A DNA stretch of 64,000 bases from Verrucomicrobiota bacterium. GTDB taxonomy: Bacteria; Verrucomicrobiota; Verrucomicrobiia; Limisphaerales; JAKPVM01. A program made the translations under genes and the position numbers. The stretch spans positions 373 to 64,372 of the forward strand of contig JAKPVM010000211.1 in assembly GCA_029572555.1 (NCBI GenBank). The letters run 5' to 3'. This document shows positions 46,489-55,854 of the stretch, piece after piece; positions within the stretch are counted from its first letter, which is position 1, and each line of letters starts with the position of its first letter. The notes below the pieces were generated by a model. The model worked only from the letters and a program-made list of their open reading frames with translations, was not told the DNA's origin and ran no database searches.

Positions 46489-47841
46489 ATGGGCATAGGA
46501 TTAAAACGCAACAACATAAGTAATTCGGATAAGTATGAGAGAATATCGCTTTTCGTGACCGGTATTTTTCTTGGTTTGGTGTTTTCAAAAGGGGGTAACC
46601 CGGTTATTTTTGCCGACAGAATTTCTCCGCCAGCCAATTTTTATGAGTTTATTTTTCAACCCTATCCATTTGAATGGTTTTATTGGATTCTGGGAGTAGT
46701 GGCATTAATTAATCTTTTTAAAATCAAATGGTCTCTTGCACCTCGTAATATTTGGGCACTACTGCCTTTATTCTGGTTTATGTGGCAAGTTATTTCATCA
46801 ATCAATACTGTGGATTCAAGGCTTACCTCTTTAACTTTACCACATTTTTTTGCCTGTATCTTATGCTATTTTATTGGATTTTTCAGAAGTAAAGATTTTT
46901 TAAGTTATTCGTATGATTTATACGCCGGCATCTTTTTAGGCTTTTTATGGGTTTTAGGTAATGGAATAGAACAGCATTTTGGGGGACTTGAAACTATAAG
47001 ACAAAATTATGAACAATCATTACAATCCTTTTCACCTGAACAGAGATCGCTTCTGGACACCTACGAATTCAGGGTAAAAATAATGAGCAACAGGATTTTT
47101 TCCACATTTATTTATCCAAACGCCTTTGCAGGGGGATTGTTACTGCTTGCGCCGACAATGTTTTATCTTTTATACAAAAACAATAAGAACAGGAGATTAT
47201 CTTTAAAATTCTTATCTTATGTTATTTTAGGATTAAGCCTTTTTTGCCTTTACTGGTCGGGTTCAAAGGCAGGATTGATTGTCATTGCGCTCACTATAGT
47301 TTTATTGTTGTTTAAGAACTGGAACTTGCCCAAAAAATACAAAGTTTTGGCAACGCTCGTTTTGATTATTTTGGTTGGCTGTGTATTTGCTATAAAATAT
47401 GCTGATTATTTTCATCGTGGGGCAAAAAGTCTTGGTGCGCGTTTTGATTATTGGAGGGCTGCTACTGAGATTACTATACAACATCCTTTTTTAGGCACCG
47501 GACCCGGGACGTTCTCAATCCCATACAGGAATATTAAAAAACCAGAGTCGGAAATGGCTAAACTTGCCCATAATGACTATATTCAACAAGCATCCGATTC
47601 GGGTATTCCAGGAATGGTTTTATATACTGGTTTTATAATTTGGGTGTTAAATCGCGGTTTTAGACTTGGATTTCAGAACAAAGAATTGCTACCAATTTTT
47701 ATAGGATTATTTGCGTGGAGTATTCATAGTTTTTTTGAATTTCACCTATATATACCAGCGCTGGCATACCTTGCATTTGCTTTTGCTGGAGTTCTGGCTT
47801 CATTTTCTTATGATAAAAAGATTAATGAACAGGTAAAATAA
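46489..47841 (+). CDS. O-antigen ligase family (Wzy_C domain) polytopic membrane protein
   Basis: 450 aa, ~10 TM helices. Periplasmic-loop motif GTGPGTF...AHNDYIQQASDSGIPG, typical of WaaL/PglL/Wzy_C proteins. Confidence 0.75.
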   Translation: MGIGLKRNNISNSDKYERISLFVTGIFLGLVFSKGGNPVIFADRISPPANFYEFIFQPYPFEWFYWILGVVALINLFKIKWSLAPRNIWALLPLFWFMWQVISSINTVDSRLTSLTLPHFFACILCYFIGFFRSKDFLSYSYDLYAGIFLGFLWVLGNGIEQHFGGLETIRQNYEQSLQSFSPEQRSLLDTYEFRVKIMSNRIFSTFIYPNAFAGGLLLLAPTMFYLLYKNNKNRRLSLKFLSYVILGLSLFCLYWSGSKAGLIVIALTIVLLLFKNWNLPKKYKVLATLVLIILVGCVFAIKYADYFHRGAKSLGARFDYWRAATEITIQHPFLGTGPGTFSIPYRNIKKPESEMAKLAHNDYIQQASDSGIPGMVLYTGFIIWVLNRGFRLGFQNKELLPIFIGLFAWSIHSFFEFHLYIPALAYLAFAFAGVLASFSYDKKINEQVK

Positions 47842-47882
47842 TATAGACAAAATTCCGATTTATTTTATAATGCGATCCAGTA

Positions 47883-48326
47883 ATGAGAATATTATTCCTC
47901 AATGGGCCAAATTTAAACTTGTTAGGATTGAGAGAACCGGATTTATATGGAAACTCAACCCTTGTTGAAATTGAAAAGCAAGTTTCCTTAAAGGCTAAAG
48001 AATTAGATGTGGATGTAGAATTTAGACAGTCCAACTCGGAGGGCGAACTGATTACATGGATTCAAGAGGCTCGGAATAATTTTAATGGTTTGGTTATTAA
48101 TGCCGGGGCTTATACACACACAAGTATTGGGATTCGGGATGCCATAACCGCTGTTAAAATCCCGACTGTAGAAATCCATTTGTCAAATATACATTCACGC
48201 GAGCAGTTTCGTCATAACTCAATGATAGCGCCGGTTTGTATTGGGCAGATTATTGGTTTTGGTGGGTATTCTTATGTGCTCGGGTTAATAGCCATCTATA
48301 ACGTTATAGTTAATAAATCAGTTTAA
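47883..48326 (+). CDS. aroQ: type II 3-dehydroquinate dehydratase
   Basis: 147 aa. MRILFLNGPNLNLLGLREPDLYG, INAGAYTHTSIGIRDA, VEIHLSNIHSRE. Confidence 0.95.
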   Translation: MRILFLNGPNLNLLGLREPDLYGNSTLVEIEKQVSLKAKELDVDVEFRQSNSEGELITWIQEARNNFNGLVINAGAYTHTSIGIRDAITAVKIPTVEIHLSNIHSREQFRHNSMIAPVCIGQIIGFGGYSYVLGLIAIYNVIVNKSV

Positions 48327-48385
48327 GTACTTAATTTGTGGTTGTTTTTAACAATTTATGCAAGATATTTTTAAAAATTCTATAA

Positions 48386-48414
48386 TTGACGCCATTTATT
48401 TAATAAAATATTAT
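48386..48414 (+). promoter_or_regulatory. candidate sigma-70-type promoter for accBC
   Basis: TTGACG (48386-48391), a 17-nt spacer, then TATTAT (48409-48414), ~105 nt upstream of the accB GTG. accB also has a GGAGG at 48509-48513, 5 nt before its GTG. Promoter consensus for this lineage is unknown to me. Confidence 0.35.
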
Positions 48415-48518
48415 ACATTTCATATTATAAAGAGTTGAAAAGAAATTTAGGGAAAATCAAAGAAAAATGAATTTATCGCAAAATAAGTTGGTTAACAAAC
48501 AATTAACTGGAGGTTATC

Positions 48519-48998
48519 GTGGACCTTAAAGATATTAAAGCAATTGTTGACCTGATGAAAAAAAACTCTATAACGGAGTTTGAATTAGAAAAGCAGGATT
48601 TTAAAATACGACTAAAACGAGGGATTGCTGGGATGTCTCCTGTATATGAGGAACAATTGCCACAGACGATGGTACCACAACAGGCACAGTTTCTACCTTT
48701 ACCAACTCAGACAGTTCCAGTTCAAACCCAACCGGCTCCGCAAATAGCTCAAGAGACAGAGATTGATATTAAATCGCCGATGATTGGCACTTTTTATAGG
48801 GCGCCATCACCAGAATCTGCGCCTTATGTTGAGATTGGCACTGAGGTTCATCCCGATACCATAGTCTGTATAATAGAGGCAATGAAGGTTATGAATGAAA
48901 TTAAGGCGGAAGTTCATGGGATAATCACTAAAGTATTGGTGGAAAACGCAAAACCCGTTGAATTTGGACAGCCATTGTTCAAGGTTAAACCCCTTTAA
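48519..48998 (+). CDS. accB: acetyl-CoA carboxylase biotin carboxyl carrier protein
   Basis: 159 aa. GTG start with a strong GGAGG RBS. Pro/Gln-rich linker. Biotinyl-lysine motif IEAMKVMNEI. Confidence 0.9.
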   Translation: MDLKDIKAIVDLMKKNSITEFELEKQDFKIRLKRGIAGMSPVYEEQLPQTMVPQQAQFLPLPTQTVPVQTQPAPQIAQETEIDIKSPMIGTFYRAPSPESAPYVEIGTEVHPDTIVCIIEAMKVMNEIKAEVHGIITKVLVENAKPVEFGQPLFKVKPL

Positions 48999-49027
48999 TG
49001 ATTATATAGCAACTTTTTCCAACCACA

Positions 49028-50407
49028 ATGTTTGAAAAGATTTTAATTGCAAATAGAGGTGAAATTGCAGTCCGAGTAATCAGGGCTTGCAAGGAGCTAA
49101 ATATTAAAACAGTGGCAGTTTATTCTGAGGCGGACAGTAATTCAATGCATGTTCAGATGGCTGATGAAGCTATATGTTTAGGCAAAGCCCCCGCAAATGA
49201 AAGTTACTTAAAAGTAGAAAGACTTATCAGCGCTGCGGAAATTACTGATGTGGATGCAATTCACCCCGGATATGGTTTTTTATCTGAAAGTGTTCATTTT
49301 GCCGATATTTGTGAAAAATGTAATATAAAATTCATTGGCCCCAGCCCTAACGCGATGAAATCCCTTGAAAATAAGGCAGTTAGCCGTGATTTGGCGAAAA
49401 AGGCTGGTGTACCAATCCCACCGGGTTCAGACGGTCCGGTAGAAAATGAACAGGATGCTCTTGCGGTTTCAAAAAAAATTGGCTATCCAGTTTTAATTAA
49501 AGCAATTGCAGGGGGGGGCGGACGCGGTATGCGTGTGGCTCATAATGATATTTCGCTTGTACGCGGCTTTCACACTGCAAAATCAGAAGCGGAAAAGGCA
49601 TTCGGCGATGCTGGCGTTTATATTGAGAAATTTATTGAAAATCCACATCATATTGAATTTCAGATACTTGGAGATAACAAGGGAAATATTATTCACCTTG
49701 GAGAACGAGACTGTTCCATCCAGAGGAGAAACCAGAAAATTATTGAAGAAACGCCATCTCCATTGATTGAAAATAAATTCAAAGACCTCAGAAAAAAAAT
49801 GGGAAAAGCGGCTATAAGAATCGCGCAGGAAGCAAAATATACAAATGCAGGAACAGTTGAGTTCATTGTAGATGATAAAGGAAACTTTTATTTTCTTGAA
49901 GTTAATAAAAGAATTCAGGTTGAACATCCAATAACAGAAGAGGTTACAGGCGTTGATTTGGTTAAGATGCAAATCTTACTGGCTGCTGGTGAGCCGTTAA
50001 AACTTCCAGATGTCCAGATAAGAGGACATGCCATTGAGTGCCGTATAAATGCTGAGGATCCTTATGATGATTTCAAACCTTCGCCGGGCACCATAGGAAT
50101 TTATTATCCGCCCGGTGGAAAAGGGATTCGTTTAGATAGTCATATTTACTCGGGATATAGTGTGCCACCATATTATGATTCGTTAATCGGAAAGTTAATT
50201 GCTTATGGGAAGGATAGAAGAGAAGCCCTTACTAAAATGATAAGGGCTATGAGTGAGTTTGTCGTCTCCGACATTAAAACTACTATCCCATTTCAGTTAG
50301 AAATATTGAAAGACCCGAATTTTGCGCGCGGTTCTTACTCCACTAACTTTGTAGATAAGTTTTTTGAATCAGCAGGAAGAAAAGAAGTAATTGAGGAAAA
50401 AATGTGA
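49028..50407 (+). CDS. accC: acetyl-CoA carboxylase biotin carboxylase subunit
   Basis: 459 aa. MFEKILIANRGEIAVRVIRAC, glycine loop KAIAGGGGRGMRV, EMNTR-like EVNKRIQVEHPITE. Confidence 0.95.
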   Translation: MFEKILIANRGEIAVRVIRACKELNIKTVAVYSEADSNSMHVQMADEAICLGKAPANESYLKVERLISAAEITDVDAIHPGYGFLSESVHFADICEKCNIKFIGPSPNAMKSLENKAVSRDLAKKAGVPIPPGSDGPVENEQDALAVSKKIGYPVLIKAIAGGGGRGMRVAHNDISLVRGFHTAKSEAEKAFGDAGVYIEKFIENPHHIEFQILGDNKGNIIHLGERDCSIQRRNQKIIEETPSPLIENKFKDLRKKMGKAAIRIAQEAKYTNAGTVEFIVDDKGNFYFLEVNKRIQVEHPITEEVTGVDLVKMQILLAAGEPLKLPDVQIRGHAIECRINAEDPYDDFKPSPGTIGIYYPPGGKGIRLDSHIYSGYSVPPYYDSLIGKLIAYGKDRREALTKMIRAMSEFVVSDIKTTIPFQLEILKDPNFARGSYSTNFVDKFFESAGRKEVIEEKM

Positions 50408-50417
50408 TTCGTATCTA

Positions 50418-51068
50418 ATGAGAAAGATTTCAGATTGTAAATTATATACCTTTGTTGACACATCTTACTTGATTGGGAGAAACTCTGACAAAATTGCGCA
50501 GCAACTTTGTGATGGTGGTTCAGATATAATTCAATTGAGGGCAAAATCGGAAGAAAAAGAAACCATCATCAGGATTGCAGAATCCATTCTTCCAATAACT
50601 GAGAAAGCGGGAATACCATTAGTGATAAATGATTATCCCGATATAGCAAAAAAAGTCGGTGCTCAATTTTGCCATCTTGGACAGGAAGATTTTTTTGATG
50701 CTGGCTATAAAACTGCTGACGAAATAACCGGGGTTACAAGGACAATTGGTCTTGGATTGAGTTCGCATTCAATTGAACAAGCGCAACGCGCAGTATTCGC
50801 TCAACCGGATTATATTGCAGTGGGTCCGGTGTTTCCAACCGCCACTAAACCGCAAGCAAAACCAGTCACATTAGAGTTAGTTAAATGGGCTTCAAAAAAT
50901 GTGATGATACCATTTTTTGCGATTGGCGGTATTAATTTAAGTAATATTGACGAGGTTCTTTCCGCAGGGGCAAGAAGAATAGGCGTGGTTTCTGCAATAC
51001 TCGAAAAGGCAGATATTGTAAGTATATGTAAACAGTTTAAGAAAAAAATAGAACAATTATCATTATGA
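50418..51068 (+). CDS. thiE: thiamine-phosphate synthase
   Basis: The ORF track start at 50391 is a TTG inside accC. The in-frame ATG at 50418 gives MRKISDCKLYTFVD. Motifs IIQLRAK, LVINDYPDIA, GLSSHS, AVGPVFPTATK, FAIGGI. Confidence 0.85.
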   Translation: MRKISDCKLYTFVDTSYLIGRNSDKIAQQLCDGGSDIIQLRAKSEEKETIIRIAESILPITEKAGIPLVINDYPDIAKKVGAQFCHLGQEDFFDAGYKTADEITGVTRTIGLGLSSHSIEQAQRAVFAQPDYIAVGPVFPTATKPQAKPVTLELVKWASKNVMIPFFAIGGINLSNIDEVLSAGARRIGVVSAILEKADIVSICKQFKKKIEQLSL

Positions 51069-51964
51069 GTGTACTTATTGTAGGTTCAACGGCTCTGGAT
51101 TCAATAAAAACGCCAATTGCAGAGAATTTAAGACTTCTCGGCGGTTCTGCCAGTTACGGCGCTGTTGCGGCAAGTTTTTTTTCTCCGGTGAAAATGGTAG
51201 GAGTAGTTGGTGAAGATTTTCCGAAAAAGTTTATAAATTTTTATAAAAAGCATAATATCGATATTGAGGGACTGCAAATCCAGAAGGGAAAGACATTCCA
51301 TTGGGTTGGTGAGTATGAAATAAATATGAATAGCCGCCGCACGATTTCGACAGAACTTGGTGTATTTGAAAATTTTAATCCAATTCTTCCTCCATCTTAT
51401 AAAGATTCGAGTTATGTGGTTCTTGCGAATATTTCCCCTTCGTTGCAATGCAATGTGCTTGACCAGATTAAAAAGCCAAAATTCGTCGCAGCCGACACAA
51501 TGGATCTCTGGTTAAATATTGCGTTAGAAGAATTATTGAGGTTGTTGAAAAGAGTAGATTTGTTTGTCCTTAATGATAGCGAGGCAAAGATTCTTACTAA
51601 AGAAGATAATGTTATTAAGGCTATAAAAGGCATTCATAAATTAGGACCGAAATATGTAATAGTTAAAAAAGGGGAGCACGGTTCGATTTTGTCATCAAAT
51701 AATGGGTTATTTATTGCCCCGGCATATCCATTAGAAAGGGTGATTGATCCTACGGGTGCAGGGGATTCATTTCTTGGCGCGTTAATGGGTTATTTAGCCA
51801 GTAAAAATGGTAATCCTATCAGTCATATCAGAAAAGCAATCATTTACGGTTCAATAGTCGCCTCGTTTTGTTGCGAGGGTTTTGGTTTATCCCGCCTCAC
51901 TAAAATAAACAGAAACCTAATTGATGAACGGTTCAATCGCATCAAGAAGATGTGTTTGTTTTAG
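51065..51964 (+). CDS. PfkB-family carbohydrate/nucleoside kinase
   Basis: 299 aa. The ATG overlaps the thiE stop (ATGA at 51065-51068). N-terminal GGSASYGA motif and C-terminal DPTGAGDSFLGA anion-hole motif. Confidence 0.85.
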   Translation: MSVLIVGSTALDSIKTPIAENLRLLGGSASYGAVAASFFSPVKMVGVVGEDFPKKFINFYKKHNIDIEGLQIQKGKTFHWVGEYEINMNSRRTISTELGVFENFNPILPPSYKDSSYVVLANISPSLQCNVLDQIKKPKFVAADTMDLWLNIALEELLRLLKRVDLFVLNDSEAKILTKEDNVIKAIKGIHKLGPKYVIVKKGEHGSILSSNNGLFIAPAYPLERVIDPTGAGDSFLGALMGYLASKNGNPISHIRKAIIYGSIVASFCCEGFGLSRLTKINRNLIDERFNRIKKMCLF

Positions 51965-51966
51965 TG

Positions 51967-54900
51967 TTATTTCCTAATTTGTTTTAGGCTGAACAGTTCA
52001 AAGATTCCATAAGAAACCGTTGAGTAGTTTAATCCCGGAGGAGGTCCTTTTGGTGGGGCTTGTTGGAACATTCCAGGCCATGCGCTCCCAAGAGGTGGAT
52101 TATTGTGGTGTGGCCCAAGGGTGTTTTTAAGTGTGCCAATAACTACAACATCGATAGTATTTGTCCCGTTTTTTATAAATGGACTTACATTGCACTCAAA
52201 TGGCTCAAAGCCGATATATCCTGCTAATCTGTTGTTCACTATTACTTTTGCAACGCTGCCATACCAATTGTTAAGACAAACTCGGTATTCACCTTCCATT
52301 TTATTGATAACAAATTTTTGAGAATATGATATACCTGCTGAATAAAATGGATGTCCTTGTTTGTTCCAACCCGTTGTTTGGGATTCGAGCCCGCTATTAT
52401 CGATTAAATGTTTTGTAACCCTTTGGTGTGATGGTAGTTCTGATGAATAGCTATAAATTCTGACTCCCTTGAGTTCGCTGCCATTTTTTAAAATGAATTT
52501 TACCTCAGCTAGCCCTACGAAGCCGTTATCAGGCGGGTTATCACCGCAGGGATAGGTGACACCGTTATAATTTTCCAGAATATCAAATTTTACAAAGCGG
52601 GTGTTGTTTGCATTAATTGGCAATATTTGCGGAGCTTCGGCGGCGCCGTTTGCCTTTTTTAATATAAATTCGCCGAGGTTATATTCCAGACCGCTTTTTA
52701 TTAATGTTCCGGCAGAAATACGGAGACGCTTTACTCCGCGAGTTGTCAAGTCTTTGACATGGTTTTCGTTGTAGTTCCAGATTTTGATTTCTGATAGTTC
52801 AACAATGCTGCCAAGGTCAAAAACAATAAAAGGCGCTCTATCATTTTGTAATGGTTCGTAACCGACTCCACTGCTTAGCCACATTGTACCATCGGGATTG
52901 TGAGAGTGTGTGTTATTATCAACTGGTTTGCTCAATGTTATTTGTCCATCTTCAACTATGACCCAATTCTTGTCTGCTGGTTTTAATTTAAAGCTACCGA
53001 GCACATAAATTGGTTCAATTTCATTATATATAGTCATTGGCTTTGCAAACAATTTTATTTCATTTACACCGGGTTTAACGGTATGAACTATACTCATTTT
53101 CTTAAAAGATTTATCAAGCCACCAATTTTTAGTATTGGTATTAAGTTTTGTTCCATTGCAAGTAATTTGGTTATAAATTTCAGGCTTTTCTATCACAACA
53201 GCAAGGTTTGATGGAACAGAATTTTCTATAGTAAATTTATAAGTAACCTCAAACCCGCTATTTTCAGGAAATTTATGTTTTATAATTTCATCTTTGAATT
53301 GGACTGCGCTATCCCAGGGATTGCGTGGCATTCCATTTTTGTTAAATGCAAATTGATTTGCTCTATAAAAATAAACATCGTTAAGTGTTTCGCCCCTTGC
53401 CGTTATATCAACATAATCAACAATAAGGATATTGGGTTGAAGCCGTTTTGTTGAAATGTCGCTTACGGGTTCTATTTCAGTTGAGATGAAATTAGTTTTT
53501 ACTACTTTGGTTTCATTTTTTGATAAAAATAGCAAAAGACTTCCTACCGGTGGCAATTCAAATGAAAAGTTTATGCCGCTATTTTCTTTGTTATATGGAT
53601 ATGGATAAATTTTGCCCGTGTGTGGGTCGAGTTGTTCAACACCATTTAGTCTGGTTTTTACAATGCCCTTTGATGGGACATCAATGCTTGTGTTGACAAG
53701 GAACAATATTTCCCCATCTGCGAGTTGTCTTCTATGATGGAAGAGGATTCCTTTGTCGTTTTTCTCTCTGAAAATGCCAAAGCCAGATTCAATCTGATTA
53801 TTTATTAGTAATGATATTGTTTCCTCTTGTAATAACCGGCGGTTGTTTTCGGTTATTTTGGAATTGGCTAATTGTGGCGCTAATTTTCCATCTACCCTTG
53901 TTGGCAGACTTCCACAACTTATTATATTGCCACCGTTTGCAGCAAATTTTTCAAACAATTCAATTGTTCTGCTATCCAGGTTGAATTCCAGACTAACATT
54001 CGAAGCCTTTGACTGAATAGGAGGAAAAACAACAGTATGATATGAACGTTTTCCAACTCTTAATTCTTTTCCATTAACTGCTCCATTGTTTGCGATTACA
54101 TCTTCACAACCGAGGTCATACTCAACTTGTGAAGATTCGAGTTCTTTTAAGAAGTTAAAAAATGAATTACCGATTTCATTCAATTCTTTGCCTTTTTCTT
54201 GATACATCCAGGCAGTTGTTGTGGGTTCGATTACAAGAATTTTATTGATTTGTTCTCCCTGTGTGATGGCTGCGGTAAGGCGGTGAAAATAATTTGCTAC
54301 TATATGATATGCCTCCCACCACGGTTCGTGGTATGAAAAAGATTGTGGATGGTCACGTTTACGCGCGCCACGGATTGTAATATATGAAAGATGTTCATCA
54401 AGTGTGTTTACCCCAAAGACTTGTAGCCAATCGCCGATTCGTTTCATATCCTCAAATCTCAGATCCCATCCGCCTGCGCCATAGAGTTCAACGAGCGTTC
54501 TTCGTCTCCCAAGTTGATTTGCTATGCTTGAAATCTCTTTACAAGACCTAATGTTGCCAAATTGTGAGTGGGTATTTTCAGAGTATTGATTCATTAAAAT
54601 GTCAATGCCGGGTCTATGTTGCCATGCTGCCATTGCCATATTATCAGGTACTGAAATACAAATAGGCCAATCGTGTTCCCAGTAATGACCTGTGAATTCA
54701 AGGTTGTTTGTTGAACAATATTCGTAATACGGTTTTGCCCATCGTTCTATAAATAGAGTAAGAAGAGTAGAATAATAGTTATGTCTAACCATCTGCCAAT
54801 CACCAACTTCCTTCGTGAGCGATGGTAGATTATCCAGTAAACTATATCTCCATTTTTTTCGGAATTGTTGGTTTATATCATCAGTCCAGGGAAATCCGCC

Positions 54901-55647
54901 AGCGGGTCTAATTTCTGGTTCATCGGTGAAAGAACCGGGTACTCGCTTGCCAAATTGGTTTCCTATTTTTCTACGGTATGCTTCTAAGGTTACATTTAAA
55001 AATTTTTCAGTAACTCCTGGTTGTATCAAATCTACATAGAACCTGTTTCCATGCCACGCTGATATGGGGGCAAATTGTTTGAAAGCAGTCAGATACCTTC
55101 CTTCAGTAAAAACTTTGTTCCTTAAAACATCAGTTGTAATATTTTTGATTGTATTATCTTCGATTTTATAAATGGCAATTATATTTGTGTTCCATTGTGT
55201 AGGGGTTGATGATTCTTTAAAATGAAGACCCTTTCCCCGAGATTCTGGCATCAATTCTGGTACCCATCCGCCAGCAAATCCAGAAGGATAAGAATTTTCG
55301 TCATAAATCCAGATGTTCATATCTAACCGCTCGGCTTGTTTAAGAGCCAATTTCCAGAGTTCAAACCACTCTTCTGATAAGTAAGGTGTCATTAATCCGG
55401 GACGCGGATGCACAAAGACCTGTTTTACCCCTTGAGATGACAAATCTTGCATAGTGCTTTTTATTTGTTCTTCGGTCAGCATATCATTCCATACCCACAG
55501 CGGAGAACTTGCATATTCTCGTGGGGGATTTATGAATAGTTTTTGTAAATCTCTATAAGTGGGGTTTGCTCCACAAGTGTAGTTGAATGCCACAAAAAAT
55601 AAAATTGCTATTATGAAGAGTCGCACAATTTGATTTTTTATTTTCAT
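51967..55647 (-). CDS. large secreted glycoside-hydrolase-like protein with discoidin (F5/8 type C)-like domain; family uncertain
   Basis: 1226 aa. Signal peptide. N-terminus INPPREYASSPLWVWNDMLTEEQI...GVKQVFVHPRPGLMTPYLSEEWF...IWIYDENSYPSGFAGG resembles uncharacterised GH-like TIM-barrel proteins. Region VFDLGSIVELSEIKIWNYNENHVKDLTTRGVKRLRISA resembles a discoidin/CBM32-type domain. Confidence 0.75.
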   Translation of the reverse strand: MKIKNQIVRLFIIAILFFVAFNYTCGANPTYRDLQKLFINPPREYASSPLWVWNDMLTEEQIKSTMQDLSSQGVKQVFVHPRPGLMTPYLSEEWFELWKLALKQAERLDMNIWIYDENSYPSGFAGGWVPELMPESRGKGLHFKESSTPTQWNTNIIAIYKIEDNTIKNITTDVLRNKVFTEGRYLTAFKQFAPISAWHGNRFYVDLIQPGVTEKFLNVTLEAYRRKIGNQFGKRVPGSFTDEPEIRPAGGFPWTDDINQQFRKKWRYSLLDNLPSLTKEVGDWQMVRHNYYSTLLTLFIERWAKPYYEYCSTNNLEFTGHYWEHDWPICISVPDNMAMAAWQHRPGIDILMNQYSENTHSQFGNIRSCKEISSIANQLGRRRTLVELYGAGGWDLRFEDMKRIGDWLQVFGVNTLDEHLSYITIRGARKRDHPQSFSYHEPWWEAYHIVANYFHRLTAAITQGEQINKILVIEPTTTAWMYQEKGKELNEIGNSFFNFLKELESSQVEYDLGCEDVIANNGAVNGKELRVGKRSYHTVVFPPIQSKASNVSLEFNLDSRTIELFEKFAANGGNIISCGSLPTRVDGKLAPQLANSKITENNRRLLQEETISLLINNQIESGFGIFREKNDKGILFHHRRQLADGEILFLVNTSIDVPSKGIVKTRLNGVEQLDPHTGKIYPYPYNKENSGINFSFELPPVGSLLLFLSKNETKVVKTNFISTEIEPVSDISTKRLQPNILIVDYVDITARGETLNDVYFYRANQFAFNKNGMPRNPWDSAVQFKDEIIKHKFPENSGFEVTYKFTIENSVPSNLAVVIEKPEIYNQITCNGTKLNTNTKNWWLDKSFKKMSIVHTVKPGVNEIKLFAKPMTIYNEIEPIYVLGSFKLKPADKNWVIVEDGQITLSKPVDNNTHSHNPDGTMWLSSGVGYEPLQNDRAPFIVFDLGSIVELSEIKIWNYNENHVKDLTTRGVKRLRISAGTLIKSGLEYNLGEFILKKANGAAEAPQILPINANNTRFVKFDILENYNGVTYPCGDNPPDNGFVGLAEVKFILKNGSELKGVRIYSYSSELPSHQRVTKHLIDNSGLESQTTGWNKQGHPFYSAGISYSQKFVINKMEGEYRVCLNNWYGSVAKVIVNNRLAGYIGFEPFECNVSPFIKNGTNTIDVVVIGTLKNTLGPHHNNPPLGSAWPGMFQQAPPKGPPPGLNYSTVSYGIFELFSLKQIRK

Positions 55648-55854
55648 AATTCAATTATGTAAAAAACTGCATTTGCAAGTAAAGGAATATTAGAAAATTC
55701 TTATTAGTAGCTCAGATTAATCATAAAGTAGGCTGGTTCTATTCTCAAATTATATATATTGGCAGAAGATATGCTATTTATATATGTAAAAATATTGTTG
55801 CATTTTTTAAATGATGAGTATTAGATTTGTTTTCTATTTTAAGCCAGTATAAAA

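Noticed and set aside
49511-49518. G8 homopolymer inside accC, considered as a slippage or phase-variation site.
   Set aside because: It encodes the universally conserved GGGGRG ATP-grasp glycine loop of an essential enzyme, and the frame is intact. There is no reason to invoke phase variation.
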